From: Thermoproteota archaeon
GTDB lineage: Archaea; Thermoproteota; EX4484-205; JAAOZO01
DNA length: 49,482 bases
Assembly: GCA_041479945.1 (NCBI GenBank)
Contig: JBGOYZ010000004.1
Coordinates: forward strand, 1-49,482
Reading direction: 5' to 3'
How positions within the stretch are numbered: the first letter of the stretch is position 1; every line of letters begins with the position of its first letter. The notes beneath the pieces were generated by a model. The model was not told the DNA's origin and did not search any database. It was given only the letters and a program-made list of their open reading frames with translations. Both the position numbers and the translations under genes were made by a program. Of the stretch, positions 29,015 to 37,429 are shown in pieces.

Positions 29015-29639
29015 CCCAATCGGATTGAGTTGTGGTCATGTAGGTCTTCCTGAGCGCGTCGAATGTCGCCATGACTGTGGACACGGGAGTTGCCGTGCTT
29101 CCTGATGTCCTCGACCACACGTCACGAATGCCAGCCAGCTTCAGCATGACCTTCGTTGCCTCGCTTGCGACAAGGCCCAAGCCCTTCGGAGCCGGTATCA
29201 AGTCAACCCGCACCGAGCCTGTCTTTCCAGATATCTTGAAAGGCACAGAGTGCAGCTGCCCGCACTTGCATTCCCAAGAGCCACACCCTCTTCTCACGGC
29301 GATCGAACTCAGCTTCGCCCTCCTAGACGCTTTGCCAATGGCCTCACTGACTTGGGCAGCTTTTCCCACGCCGAAGCCCACGTGACCGTCCTCATCGCCG
29401 ATCACGAGGATGGCTCTGATCTTCGTCCGCTCGCCCGCGTCAGTCTGCTTCTGGACCGGGCTCATTGATATGAGCTCCTCCCGGAGCTTGGGCATAAGGA
29501 GGTCAACGACCTGAGGATCCTTGATCTTGTAGCCCAGCTCGAAGTACTCTTCGAGTGACGTGACTCTGCTGGACTTGACAGCATCTAGTCCCTCGTCAGA
29601 CGCCGCCTGCTTCTCTCCCGCTGTTCCTCCTTCAGACAT
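29007..29639 (-). CDS. rps5: 30S ribosomal protein S5
   Basis: VQKQTDAG.R, RGCGSWEC.C, PAPKGLGLV and AGIRDVW motifs. Confidence 0.96.
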   Translation of the reverse strand: MSEGGTAGEKQAASDEGLDAVKSSRVTSLEEYFELGYKIKDPQVVDLLMPKLREELISMSPVQKQTDAGERTKIRAILVIGDEDGHVGFGVGKAAQVSEAIGKASRRAKLSSIAVRRGCGSWECKCGQLHSVPFKISGKTGSVRVDLIPAPKGLGLVASEATKVMLKLAGIRDVWSRTSGSTATPVSTVMATFDALRKTYMTTTQSDWGA

Positions 29640-30195
29640 GCTCGCTCACTTCACCTTCTCTTATCTTTGTCACCAACGAGTTGAACTCCTCTGTGATCGA
29701 CTTCGGGTCTATTCCCGCTCCCTTGAGCTTCGAGAACGCCACGCCAGTCTGCTGCGTTCCGGCGAACTCCGCCAAATGACCTCCGCGAATCCGCTCCTCG
29801 GAAGGCGCAACCGATTCATCGAACATCACCTTGAGACCTGAATCAATGCAGCCTTTTGCCAACGCGAACAACCTGTTCCCCCTTGTTGGTGTGGCCAGAC
29901 CCATGTCCAGTATCACTTCGCCCAAATTCAACCCCGAGGCCCTCTTGGCTAGGAGACACCCTGTAAGGTACGAGGCAGGGACATTGCTCAGCCCAAAGTG
30001 CCAGCCCAACTTGCTCAATTCCTTGGAAACAGCTGAGGCAATGGTCCTGTCGCCTTTCTGGTCAACGGTCACGATCGCAGCGCTGATGTACTTGTTCGAT
30101 ATCCTGCAGACAACCCTCGGCAACCTCGACTGGAGGAACCTCTTCCTCTTCCGATAGTTGGTCAGCCCCTCTCGTCTTCTCCTGAGCGGGCTCAT
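29632..30195 (-). CDS. rpl18: 50S ribosomal protein L18
   Basis: RRRREG.TNY.KR, N.PASYLTG and G..DSGL motifs. Confidence 0.95.
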   Translation of the reverse strand: MSPLRRRREGLTNYRKRKRFLQSRLPRVVCRISNKYISAAIVTVDQKGDRTIASAVSKELSKLGWHFGLSNVPASYLTGCLLAKRASGLNLGEVILDMGLATPTRGNRLFALAKGCIDSGLKVMFDESVAPSEERIRGGHLAEFAGTQQTGVAFSKLKGAGIDPKSITEEFNSLVTKIREGEVSEHV

Positions 30196-30653
30196 CTCTT
30201 TGTCCTCCTCGCTGTCTTCCTACTGGGCGTGACTTGGTCCAGCAGCTCTCTGACTGACGAGAACCTGCCACCTTTGACCTGCAGGTAGAGCTTCCTGTAA
30301 CGCTTGCTCTCTACCTTGCCGCTCTTCTTCAGCTGCCTGAGGGCGCGCCTCATCGCTCTCACTCTAGCAGGCCACTCTGATGTCCGACCTGTCCTTGCTC
30401 CCTTCGCCCCTTTCCTGCTACCAGGCCCTCTCCTTCTGCCTCTCCTCCTAGCCATGGCGAACGCTCTCTTCCTGCCCCTGGACGGCGTAGAGGATGGCCT
30501 CTTGGTTATGATCCCCTCCTTGATCAGCCGCCGGACATCCTGTCTTGTCACGGCAGACTCCAAGTCCTCGAGTCTGTCGGGGTCCATCCATATTCTGGTC
30601 TCTCCGACCTTCAGGACATCAGCCGCGATCCTCTTCACTGTTTTGACAGTCAT
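30192..30653 (-). CDS. rpl19e: 50S ribosomal protein L19e
   Basis: KRIAA.VLKVG..RIW.DP, RG.GSRKG and YR.LY..KGG.F motifs. Confidence 0.96.
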   Translation of the reverse strand: MTVKTVKRIAADVLKVGETRIWMDPDRLEDLESAVTRQDVRRLIKEGIITKRPSSTPSRGRKRAFAMARRRGRRRGPGSRKGAKGARTGRTSEWPARVRAMRRALRQLKKSGKVESKRYRKLYLQVKGGRFSSVRELLDQVTPSRKTARRTKR

Positions 30654-30659
30654 CTTGGA

Positions 30660-31049
30660 TCACTCGAACACCTCTTCCCTGAACGGATTCGCGACCCTGA
30701 CGCCGATCGACCTGGCCTTGTCAGTGATGGCCCGCTTCATCCTCCTGCCGACTCTCGCGGAGATAACCACGATCACATCTTGGTCAGGGAGTCGCTCCAC
30801 CTGCTCCACGTTCGAAACCATGACAGGCCTGAGACCAGAAGGGTGAAGACCTCTGATAGTCTTGGGCGTCCCATATCCGACCTTGACCGTTGGCGGCACT
30901 CCCTTCGTTTCCTTCCTCATCTTGTTGTCGAGCCCCTTCGGTCGCCTCCATGCCTCCGAGAGCTTGTCGTACTTCCAGCTCTCTTGCCTCCTGAACTTGG
31001 GCGTCCTCTTCCTCGGCTTGAAGCGCTTCTTACTGAATTCAGGGCTCAA
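30660..31049 (-). CDS. rpl32e: 50S ribosomal protein L32e
   Basis: F.RQE, WRRPKG.DNK and RGLHPSG motifs. Confidence 0.96.
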   Translation of the reverse strand: MSPEFSKKRFKPRKRTPKFRRQESWKYDKLSEAWRRPKGLDNKMRKETKGVPPTVKVGYGTPKTIRGLHPSGLRPVMVSNVEQVERLPDQDVIVVISARVGRRMKRAITDKARSIGVRVANPFREEVFE

Positions 31050-31055
31050 GACTTC

Positions 31056-31625
31056 TCACCGCTTTATCTCGTCCTCATAACGCTTGCTCTGGACGTAGAT
31101 GCCGTCCAAGTAAATCCTCTGGTCCTTGCCGATCGTCTTTGTCTTGGTTTCGACCGACCCAGCGAACTGAGTGGCGCTCTCAATATCAACACTTGTGACC
31201 GTTATGTCCTGCCCCTTAACCTCGACCTGCACGCCGGGCGGGATCGCCACTTTTCTGGGGGTCCTCTCTCCCATAAAGTTCTTCACGCTGAAGACTGCAC
31301 CCTGTGCCTCAATCGTTGGGGGGAAGTGCGAGAACACCAACTTCATATCGACGATGTAGTGGACCTTGACGCCTCTCATCATGTTGGACAGTCTCTTTAC
31401 GATCGCCCCGACCATTGCCTTGCCTCTCCTGCCCTTGAGATCCGTGGATACTTCCAGCTTCGCTTCCCCTTTCGTGATCTTCACCCTCGTCTTCGAGAAG
31501 TCCTTGGACATGGTGCCGAGCGGGCCCGTAGTCTTGACCACAGGGCCGCTGACTTCCACCTGGACTCCTTCCGGGATCACAACCTCGGACTTGGCAGTGA
31601 CCTGTCTGAGGTTTTCAGTATACAT
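31056..31625 (-). CDS. rpl6: 50S ribosomal protein L6
   Basis: IPEGV.V, GPLG, HFP, NF.GE..PR and D.R...DGIY motifs. Confidence 0.95.
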   Translation of the reverse strand: MYTENLRQVTAKSEVVIPEGVQVEVSGPVVKTTGPLGTMSKDFSKTRVKITKGEAKLEVSTDLKGRRGKAMVGAIVKRLSNMMRGVKVHYIVDMKLVFSHFPPTIEAQGAVFSVKNFMGERTPRKVAIPPGVQVEVKGQDITVTSVDIESATQFAGSVETKTKTIGKDQRIYLDGIYVQSKRYEDEIKR

Positions 31626-32007
31626 ATGCTAGCAGCTTACCTCCCAACCTCTTCTCTCTGGCCTCGATGTGCGACATCACTCCCTCTGGAGTGGTCACAA
31701 TGATTACGCCCACGTTGTAGGCCGGCAGGAGTTTTTTCTCCCACTCCGTGTACTCGTCCGCCTTGGTGCTCCACCTCGGCCTGACGGACTTGCTTCTGTT
31801 GATCCTGCCGAGCAACTGGACCTTGAACATGCCCGCCTTCCCATCATCTATGAACTCGAACTCACCGATGTAGCCGTACTTCTGAAGCACCTGCATTATC
31901 TTGCCCACCAAGTTCGATGCGGGCCAGATCGTGCAGCTCTTCAGGTTCCTCAACTCGCTGTTCTGCAGCGCGATCATCGCGTTGGAAACCGGATTCATGA
32001 GCGTCAA
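31615..32007 (-). CDS. rps8: 30S ribosomal protein S8
   Basis: GYIGEFE.IDDG..G.F.V.L.GRIN, T..GVMSH and GG.LLAYVY motifs. Confidence 0.96.
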   Translation of the reverse strand: MTLMNPVSNAMIALQNSELRNLKSCTIWPASNLVGKIMQVLQKYGYIGEFEFIDDGKAGMFKVQLLGRINRSKSVRPRWSTKADEYTEWEKKLLPAYNVGVIIVTTPEGVMSHIEAREKRLGGKLLAYVY

Positions 32008-32024
32008 TTTGCCGTCAGGTCACC

Positions 32025-32189
32025 TCACGTGTATTTCCTGAATCCAAGCGTCTTCGCAACCTCCCTGAAGCAATTACGGCAGTAGTTGAGTCCGTAGGAC
32101 CTAATCGTCGGACCGGTTGACTTGCATCTGACACAGGCATGAACCTTCTTTCCGAACTTCCGCTCCTTCGGTGCCTTCTTCTTTGCCAA
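32025..32189 (-). CDS. rps14: 30S ribosomal protein S14 (54 aa, absent from the ORF track)
   Basis: Manual translation [54 protein letters not shown]; lies between rpl5 and rps8. Confidence 0.93.
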   Translation of the reverse strand: MAKKKAPKERKFGKKVHACVRCKSTGPTIRSYGLNYCRNCFREVAKTLGFRKYT

Positions 32190-32191
32190 GT

Positions 32192-32737
32192 CTAGACAAC
32201 CTCCACCCCGTAGTTGGATGAGATGAAGTCGATCGTGTCCTGAGAGCTTATGGCGGCGCGCTTCCCTATCTTCGCTGGGCGCCTCTTCCTCCTTGCCACC
32301 CTGTAGCCGGGCTTTTCAAGTGCCACCGTGACATCCATTCCGAACACACCCAGCTTCGGATCGTACTTCGCCCCGGGCAGGAGAATGTGCTCGGTGAGCC
32401 CCGCAGAGAACGTCCTGCCGGAGACGGACGAGGACTTGAGTTTCATGCTCATCGCCTTGAACGCCCTCCTGAGGAACGCGTCAGCTTCTTTCCTTCTGAG
32501 CGTGACCGCCACAGCAATGGTGTCATTCTCCCTGATGCCGAAGTCCCTTATGGTGTCCTTTGCCTTCCTCTCCCATACCTTCTTGGAGCCTGTGATGGAC
32601 TTCAGCACTGCCTTCGCCTTTTCCACCGGCTCGCCCGACTTACCCACTCCCATGTTGACCACAACCTTCTCGAGTCTGATGCCGCCCCGAGTCGGCGCAG
32701 TGCTGGCGCTCTGTGATTGCGCTTCCTGCGCTGTCAT
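32192..32737 (-). CDS. rpl5: 50S ribosomal protein L5
   Basis: [27 protein letters not shown] and PGYRV.RR motifs. Confidence 0.96.
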   Translation of the reverse strand: MTAQEAQSQSASTAPTRGGIRLEKVVVNMGVGKSGEPVEKAKAVLKSITGSKKVWERKAKDTIRDFGIRENDTIAVAVTLRRKEADAFLRRAFKAMSMKLKSSSVSGRTFSAGLTEHILLPGAKYDPKLGVFGMDVTVALEKPGYRVARRKRRPAKIGKRAAISSQDTIDFISSNYGVEVV

Positions 32738-33459
32738 CTGATGGTCACCCGGGGCTCCTCAGTCCCCACTGCCATGACGTACTCCTTGAGGGTCGAAAAG
32801 CTCGACCCATCATCGAGTTTCAGGTTGACTAGCGCACGCCTCTTGAGGCTCGCTGGAGATTCGGATTCGAACCTGCCGAGCTTGCCCGCCGAGCTGCCCC
32901 TGAAGGCAAAACAGATCGTACCCTCTTTCGTCCTGATCACATCTGACAACTTCCTATCCGGAAGAGACAGGACTACAGAGTCACCGTTGTTGACTGGAAC
33001 TTCTCCAGGAACCTTGAGGGTTGTGCCGTCGTGCAGTCTGATCGTGAGCTCCCCTTTCTTTGTAGTAAACTTGGACATGACTCTGCCCACCTTCACTTTG
33101 GATTCTTTCGCGGGAATCGCTATCGCCACGATCCGACCGTCATCGTCAACCGTTAGCCTATAGTGCTTGCCGATGGAAGGAAACGAGACAACATCCATCA
33201 GGCCGACCGGTCTTTTCTCTTCCTTAGTCTCCCTTCCGTCGATCAGAACCTTGCCCTGCTTGAAGATCATCTTCGCCTCCTTCTTGGAGGCAGCTTCTCC
33301 CATGATGTCCCTAACTAGCACATAGGCCGGCAATGAGAGGTAGAGAGGATGCGGTCCGGGCTTTGATTTGGCCACGAAGGTATTCTCCTTCCTGCTTATT
33401 CTCCACGAGCGCGGAGCCGCCAGGGCTTTCATGTGCCTTCTGCCGCCCATTCGAGCCAT
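32734..33459 (-). CDS. rps4e: 30S ribosomal protein S4e
   Basis: H.K.LAAP..W, PGPH and PVGLMDV motifs; start moved to ATG 33459. Confidence 0.95.
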   Translation of the reverse strand: MARMGGRRHMKALAAPRSWRISRKENTFVAKSKPGPHPLYLSLPAYVLVRDIMGEAASKKEAKMIFKQGKVLIDGRETKEEKRPVGLMDVVSFPSIGKHYRLTVDDDGRIVAIAIPAKESKVKVGRVMSKFTTKKGELTIRLHDGTTLKVPGEVPVNNGDSVVLSLPDRKLSDVIRTKEGTICFAFRGSSAGKLGRFESESPASLKRRALVNLKLDDGSSFSTLKEYVMAVGTEEPRVTIR

Positions 33460-33460
33460 T

Positions 33461-33811
33461 TCATTCACCTCTCGAAGTCGGTCTCCTCTTGTCGCTCGTG
33501 TCCACTTTTGAGATGATGACGTTGTAGGGAGACACTGGGATCGGAACAACAGTACCGTCTGATTTCTCCCTAGTCACGCCCTCTATGAAAATCCTGCCTC
33601 TTTTCCTGTCCACGCGCGTCACCAATCCTTTGACCCCCTTGTAGTCGCCTTTGAATATCGTCACCTCGTCGTTCCTCCTTATCGGTATGCGTTTGATCTT
33701 CAACCTTTCGGAGAGTGAATCAATCAGGGGCGCGGTCAGGATTGACCTGCGCTTGTGAAGCGGTAGGTTGAAGAGATACTTCCTTTGCTTGCTTGGCTTG
33801 TGGCTGATCAA
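33461..33811 (-). CDS. rpl24: 50S ribosomal protein L24 (uL24)
   Basis: P.KQRK...N.PLH, D.V....G..KG..G and EK.DG motifs. Confidence 0.94.
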   Translation of the reverse strand: MISHKPSKQRKYLFNLPLHKRRSILTAPLIDSLSERLKIKRIPIRRNDEVTIFKGDYKGVKGLVTRVDRKRGRIFIEGVTREKSDGTVVPIPVSPYNVIISKVDTSDKRRPTSRGE

Positions 33812-33822
33812 TCACCTTCACC

Positions 33823-34260
33823 TCATATTATCATGCTAGCTATGCCAGCCAGCTTTGGCCACATGTCCGCTGCTTCCCTTGCCACAGGCCCCTTTGTCTC
33901 CGTGCCTTTGAGGTCGCCTTCCTTGGTGATCAGAACGGCAGCGTTGTCCTCGAACGCGACCCTGTGGCCCTCCGGCCTCCTGAAGGGGAACCTCTGTCTG
34001 ATCACAATGGCGAGAAACATCTGCCCCTTTAGGTCAGGCGGCCCCTTTTTGACCGCGACGGTGACCATGCTCCCGACGTTGGCAGTTGGCCTCCTCCTGA
34101 GGTGCCCGCCGTACCTGTGCACTTGAACTATCAAGAGTATCTTGGCACCACTGTTGTCGGCGCACACGAGCCTCGATCCCGTGGGAAGTCCTCTGGCTCC
34201 GCTCAGCCTGTACTCGAGTATACCCTGGGCCGAGACTGCCCTAGACTTCCCCAAGGACAT
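33823..34260 (-). CDS. rpl14: 50S ribosomal protein L14
   Basis: CADNSGAK, FEDNAAV and KGPVAREAA..WP motifs. Confidence 0.96.
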   Translation of the reverse strand: MSLGKSRAVSAQGILEYRLSGARGLPTGSRLVCADNSGAKILLIVQVHRYGGHLRRRPTANVGSMVTVAVKKGPPDLKGQMFLAIVIRQRFPFRRPEGHRVAFEDNAAVLITKEGDLKGTETKGPVAREAADMWPKLAGIASMII

Positions 34261-34264
34261 TGGC

Positions 34265-34591
34265 CTAGCTCACCTTCCCCAATACGACGAAATGGACGGT
34301 CTTTGTGAGAGGTCTTGTTTCGCCTATCGTCACTCTGTCGCCCGCCTTCACCACTACGCACTTGGGCCTATGTGCAGGTATTGTACCCCTTCTTCTCTGG
34401 TATCTCTTGTACTTGGGATCATAGTGAAGGTACTCGATTCGCACTACGACTTTACTGGGGACCTTGTCTTTCAACACCACGCCGTCCAGGGTCTTTCCCC
34501 TTACTGTAACCTTGCCATGATAGGGACACTTGGGGTCGTCGCATGTCGTGCTTGGTGGAACTACTTGCAGACCTCTTGCCACCTCTCTCAT
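34265..34591 (-). CDS. rps17: 30S ribosomal protein S17
   Basis: C.D.KCPYHG...VRG, PKY.RY and GETRPL.KT..FVV motifs. Confidence 0.96.
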   Translation of the reverse strand: MREVARGLQVVPPSTTCDDPKCPYHGKVTVRGKTLDGVVLKDKVPSKVVVRIEYLHYDPKYKRYQRRRGTIPAHRPKCVVVKAGDRVTIGETRPLTKTVHFVVLGKVS

Positions 34592-34854
34592 TGTGCCTCG
34601 TACCTCCATGTCCTTTCCTCAAGCCTCTTCGCGATATCACGACCCTTGAGTTGGACGATGTTGCTCGGCCCCAACTTCACCTCAAAGGTTGAGGTGTCTT
34701 TTGGAACTACCTTGACGCTTGAGCCCGTCCTGATCGAGAAAGTCTTCATCGTTTCTCCCACGATTTTGCCAGACAATCCCTCAAGGCTCGGGTTCGTGGA
34801 ACACTTGACCCTGACCTCCAAGCCGAGGAATTCATCAACGTTGACGATCGGCAT
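34588..34854 (-). CDS. rnp1: RNase P protein subunit Rpp29
   Basis: E.LGL.V.V, G..G..V.ET..T, PK....F and G..I..R.EER motifs; between rpl29 and rps17. Confidence 0.88.
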   Translation of the reverse strand: MPIVNVDEFLGLEVRVKCSTNPSLEGLSGKIVGETMKTFSIRTGSSVKVVPKDTSTFEVKLGPSNIVQLKGRDIAKRLEERTWRYEAQ

Positions 34855-34855
34855 C

Positions 34856-35050
34856 TCAAGCTCTCTCCTCCCTCATCAAGGTCAGCACCCTAGCCATCTC
34901 GCGCCTTAGGTCTCTGATCGCCTTAAAGTTATCATCGCTTCTGCCCCCTTTGGATTTCACCATAGCGAGTTCTTCCCTGAGTTCCGCCAATCGCCTCTCC
35001 TTCTCCTCGGGCTTCATCTTTCTGATCTCATCAAGCTTTTTCTTCGGCAT
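34856..35050 (-). CDS. rpl29: 50S ribosomal protein L29
   Basis: EIR.M..EE...L.ELR.EL and IR..RR..AR.LT motifs. Confidence 0.92.
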   Translation of the reverse strand: MPKKKLDEIRKMKPEEKERRLAELREELAMVKSKGGRSDDNFKAIRDLRREMARVLTLMREERA

Positions 35051-35744
35051 TCTCCTCACCTTCCTTCAATTCTGGTTTCTGCTTCTCGCCCTCGGGCTTT
35101 TCCTCGCTGGGAATATTCTCGCTAGCGGGCTTCTCGGAGACCTTTTCCTCCTTGAGCTTCAGCACTTCAACTTGATCAGGGAACTTGGCATTAGGGGGCA
35201 GAATCTTCACCTTTATGCCAATCAACCCCTTCGGAAGTAGCAGGTTCATGGTGGCGACCCTGAGTTGTCTCTCCTTGGGCTCACCAGTTGACGGTATGTA
35301 ACCGAAAGTATATTTCTCAAACCTCGATCTTTCCGATGTGAGCTTCCCGGCCAAGCGTATCTGAGCACCGATCGCGCCGGCTTCCTTTATTCTCCTCGTG
35401 TAGAGGCGCAGAACTCTCCTGTATCTGATTCCCCTCTCGAGTGCCTCCCCTATCCTAGTCGCGACAACGTTCGCGTCGAGCATGGGGTTCTCCAACTCCG
35501 TGACTGATATCTGCGGGTTCTTCAAGCCGAAGTTCGCGGCCAGCTTGTCGGATAACTCTCTGATGTTCCTGCCACCGGGCCCGATTACCTGACCTGGATG
35601 GCCGACTACCAAAGTCAAGTTGACCCCCAGCGGCGTCTTGACCATCTTCATCTCCGAGAAACCAGCAGCCTTCAATTCTTTCTTCAGGAACTCCTCAACC
35701 CCGACCCTCAACTTCGCGTCTGAGACTATCTCCTTCATCGACAT
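35031..35744 (-). CDS. rps3: 30S ribosomal protein S3
   Basis: KH domain PG.VIG.GG..I..L, GA.G..I...GKL and G.IG.KVKI motifs. Confidence 0.96.
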   Translation of the reverse strand: MSMKEIVSDAKLRVGVEEFLKKELKAAGFSEMKMVKTPLGVNLTLVVGHPGQVIGPGGRNIRELSDKLAANFGLKNPQISVTELENPMLDANVVATRIGEALERGIRYRRVLRLYTRRIKEAGAIGAQIRLAGKLTSERSRFEKYTFGYIPSTGEPKERQLRVATMNLLLPKGLIGIKVKILPPNAKFPDQVEVLKLKEEKVSEKPASENIPSEEKPEGEKQKPELKEGEENAEEKA

Positions 35745-35746
35745 GA

Positions 35747-36214
35747 TCAGGACACCTCGCTGGCCACCAGTTCTATGTGAACGAGTTCATCGATCTTCGG
35801 CGAAGTCCTGCCGAAAGCCCTAGCGAAGAACCTGACCATCTTCCTTCCGGGATAAGCCGAGGCGCTGATTATCCTGAGCCCATCGACATCAAAACCTCTG
35901 TCGATGGCATTTGCCTCGAGGGTGTTTATGAGATCGATGAAGCGGGCAGCCGCCTTCTTGGGGAAACGTCCCGCATGAAACTTCCCGATTCCCCTCCTGT
36001 GCCCTATCTTCCTGTTGTACCTTCTGAACGGGACTGCAGCCTCGCCGCTGACGACTCGCTCAAGCATCGACCTAGCTTCCGAGATCTTTGAGCCCTTTAT
36101 CCAACCGGCGATTTCCCGAGCGTGCTTCCTCGAGACCCTTACTTCCCTGAGGCTAGCTCTGACGACCCCTTTTTCGGGGACTTGTCCTTCCCAAGAGTAT
36201 CCGAATTTTGGCAT
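35747..36214 (-). CDS. rpl22: 50S ribosomal protein L22
   Basis: S.KHAREI, VPFRRY, GRFP.KAA and RAFGR motifs. Confidence 0.96.
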   Translation of the reverse strand: MPKFGYSWEGQVPEKGVVRASLREVRVSRKHAREIAGWIKGSKISEARSMLERVVSGEAAVPFRRYNRKIGHRRGIGKFHAGRFPKKAAARFIDLINTLEANAIDRGFDVDGLRIISASAYPGRKMVRFFARAFGRTSPKIDELVHIELVASEVS

Positions 36215-36354
36215 CTGCGCCTACTCAGCTCGAAATCGTGACCTCGCACGCAGCCCTCTAAATAAAAGTTGTGCCCCGCGGGCCAACGACAGCGAATTCA
36301 GGTTGCCCAAGTCAGACTCTCCTTGTCATTGCACGAACTTGCCAACGAGTCTTC

Positions 36355-37374
36355 TCACTCAAGCAACACCATCTCGCTTGTGTCCGGACCAGTGCTGACA
36401 TATCTGACTGGAACTCCGACTTCCACCTCGACACGTCGCACGAATTCGAGACACTTGGGGGACAGACCATCCACCGTCTTGGCCGAGGAACACTCGGGGA
36501 AGAGGATGTCCAGCTTCGTGACCGCGATTGAGGTCGCTCCGTTCACCCTCGCGGCTCTCCTTGCCAGTTTGAAGTCGAAGGGCGCCGCCCTCCTCGTCCT
36601 ACCTGTGATGGTCCCTTTCTCCGACCAACCTCTCGCGGCAGTTTCTTGGGGGTCGAGTTCACCGGGCAAAAGCCCTTCTCCAACCCTCGTCATGTAGGAT
36701 TTGAGCACGAGGACCACGTCACTGACCATCTTCGGCCCAACTCCAACTTCGCTGAGCACTGCCGCTGCGGTCGTGTCTCTCCCGGTGACGAAGGGATATG
36801 TCCCATGGTAGAGGCTCAAGTAGAAACCCTGACTTCCTTCCAGATGAACTGTCTCCCCAGAGTCCAGAATCGAGTGGACTTCCTCAGACACGTCAGTCGT
36901 CAAGCCTTTCAGTTCGTCGAAATCCTTGGCGAGCCTCGCTCTCCGTCGGACTCTGTCAGCGATGGTCGGTCCCACACCTGAGCCGGTCGTGCCCACAACC
37001 CCTTTCAGGAACTCGTCCGATCTGTCCTCGTTGATGTGGTGCGCTTCTATCACAGAGGCCATCGAATCGACCTTCAGCCTCCCAGCCAAGCCGAGATAAT
37101 CCATCTCCGACCTCAAGATTGCCAAGTCTACGTTCGCTCCCGCCGCGATCCTCAGCTGGGTGGTTGGGTTGACGAATGCGCTGGGCGTCAGTCTCAGCTT
37201 GTAGGTCTTGCCATCATGGATCACGGTGTGTCCAGCGTTGACTGATCCGGTCCTTACGGACAATTCCGGGCGATCCTTCAAGGCAAGGTAGGCAGCCACC
37301 TTGCCCTCTTGGGGCGGTCAGTGCCGCTTTCCCTCATCGCCCCAGAATCCGGAGACTATTACTACGAGACTCAT
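36355..37374 (-). CDS. purA: Adenylosuccinate synthetase (short archaeal type), spliced: exon 1 37374-37329, exon 2 37307-36355 (332 aa predicted)
   Basis: MSLVVIVSGFWGDEG(K) joined to GKVAAYLA, then NAGHTV, GTTGSGVGP, EGSQG, YPFVT, TRVG.G and TGR.RR. Confidence 0.92.
37308..37328 (-). other. 21-nt relaxed BHB-like intron in purA mRNA (AGCGGCACUGACCGCCCCAAG) carrying an in-frame UGA
   Basis: Inner stem GCGG/CCGC, central helix GGG/CCC plus an A.A mismatch, bulges AA|A and AG|A; removal gives GDEGKGK. Confidence 0.8.
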
Positions 37375-37397
37375 CGGCGCAAGGGGCTTGGTGAGGG

Positions 37398-37407
37398 CTT
37401 TTTAACG
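37398..37407. promoter_or_regulatory. Shared TATA-like element between divergent purA and purB
   Basis: TTTTTAA/TTAAAAA lies about 25 nt from both the purA ATG (37374) and the purB ATG (37430). Confidence 0.5.
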
Positions 37408-37429
37408 CATGCGCTTCTACGACCGAACA

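Noticed and set aside
37318-37320. Selenocysteine or stop read-through of the in-frame UGA in purA
   Set aside because: Read-through would leave 7 extra residues inside the invariant GDEGKGK loop, whereas BHB-guided excision restores it exactly.
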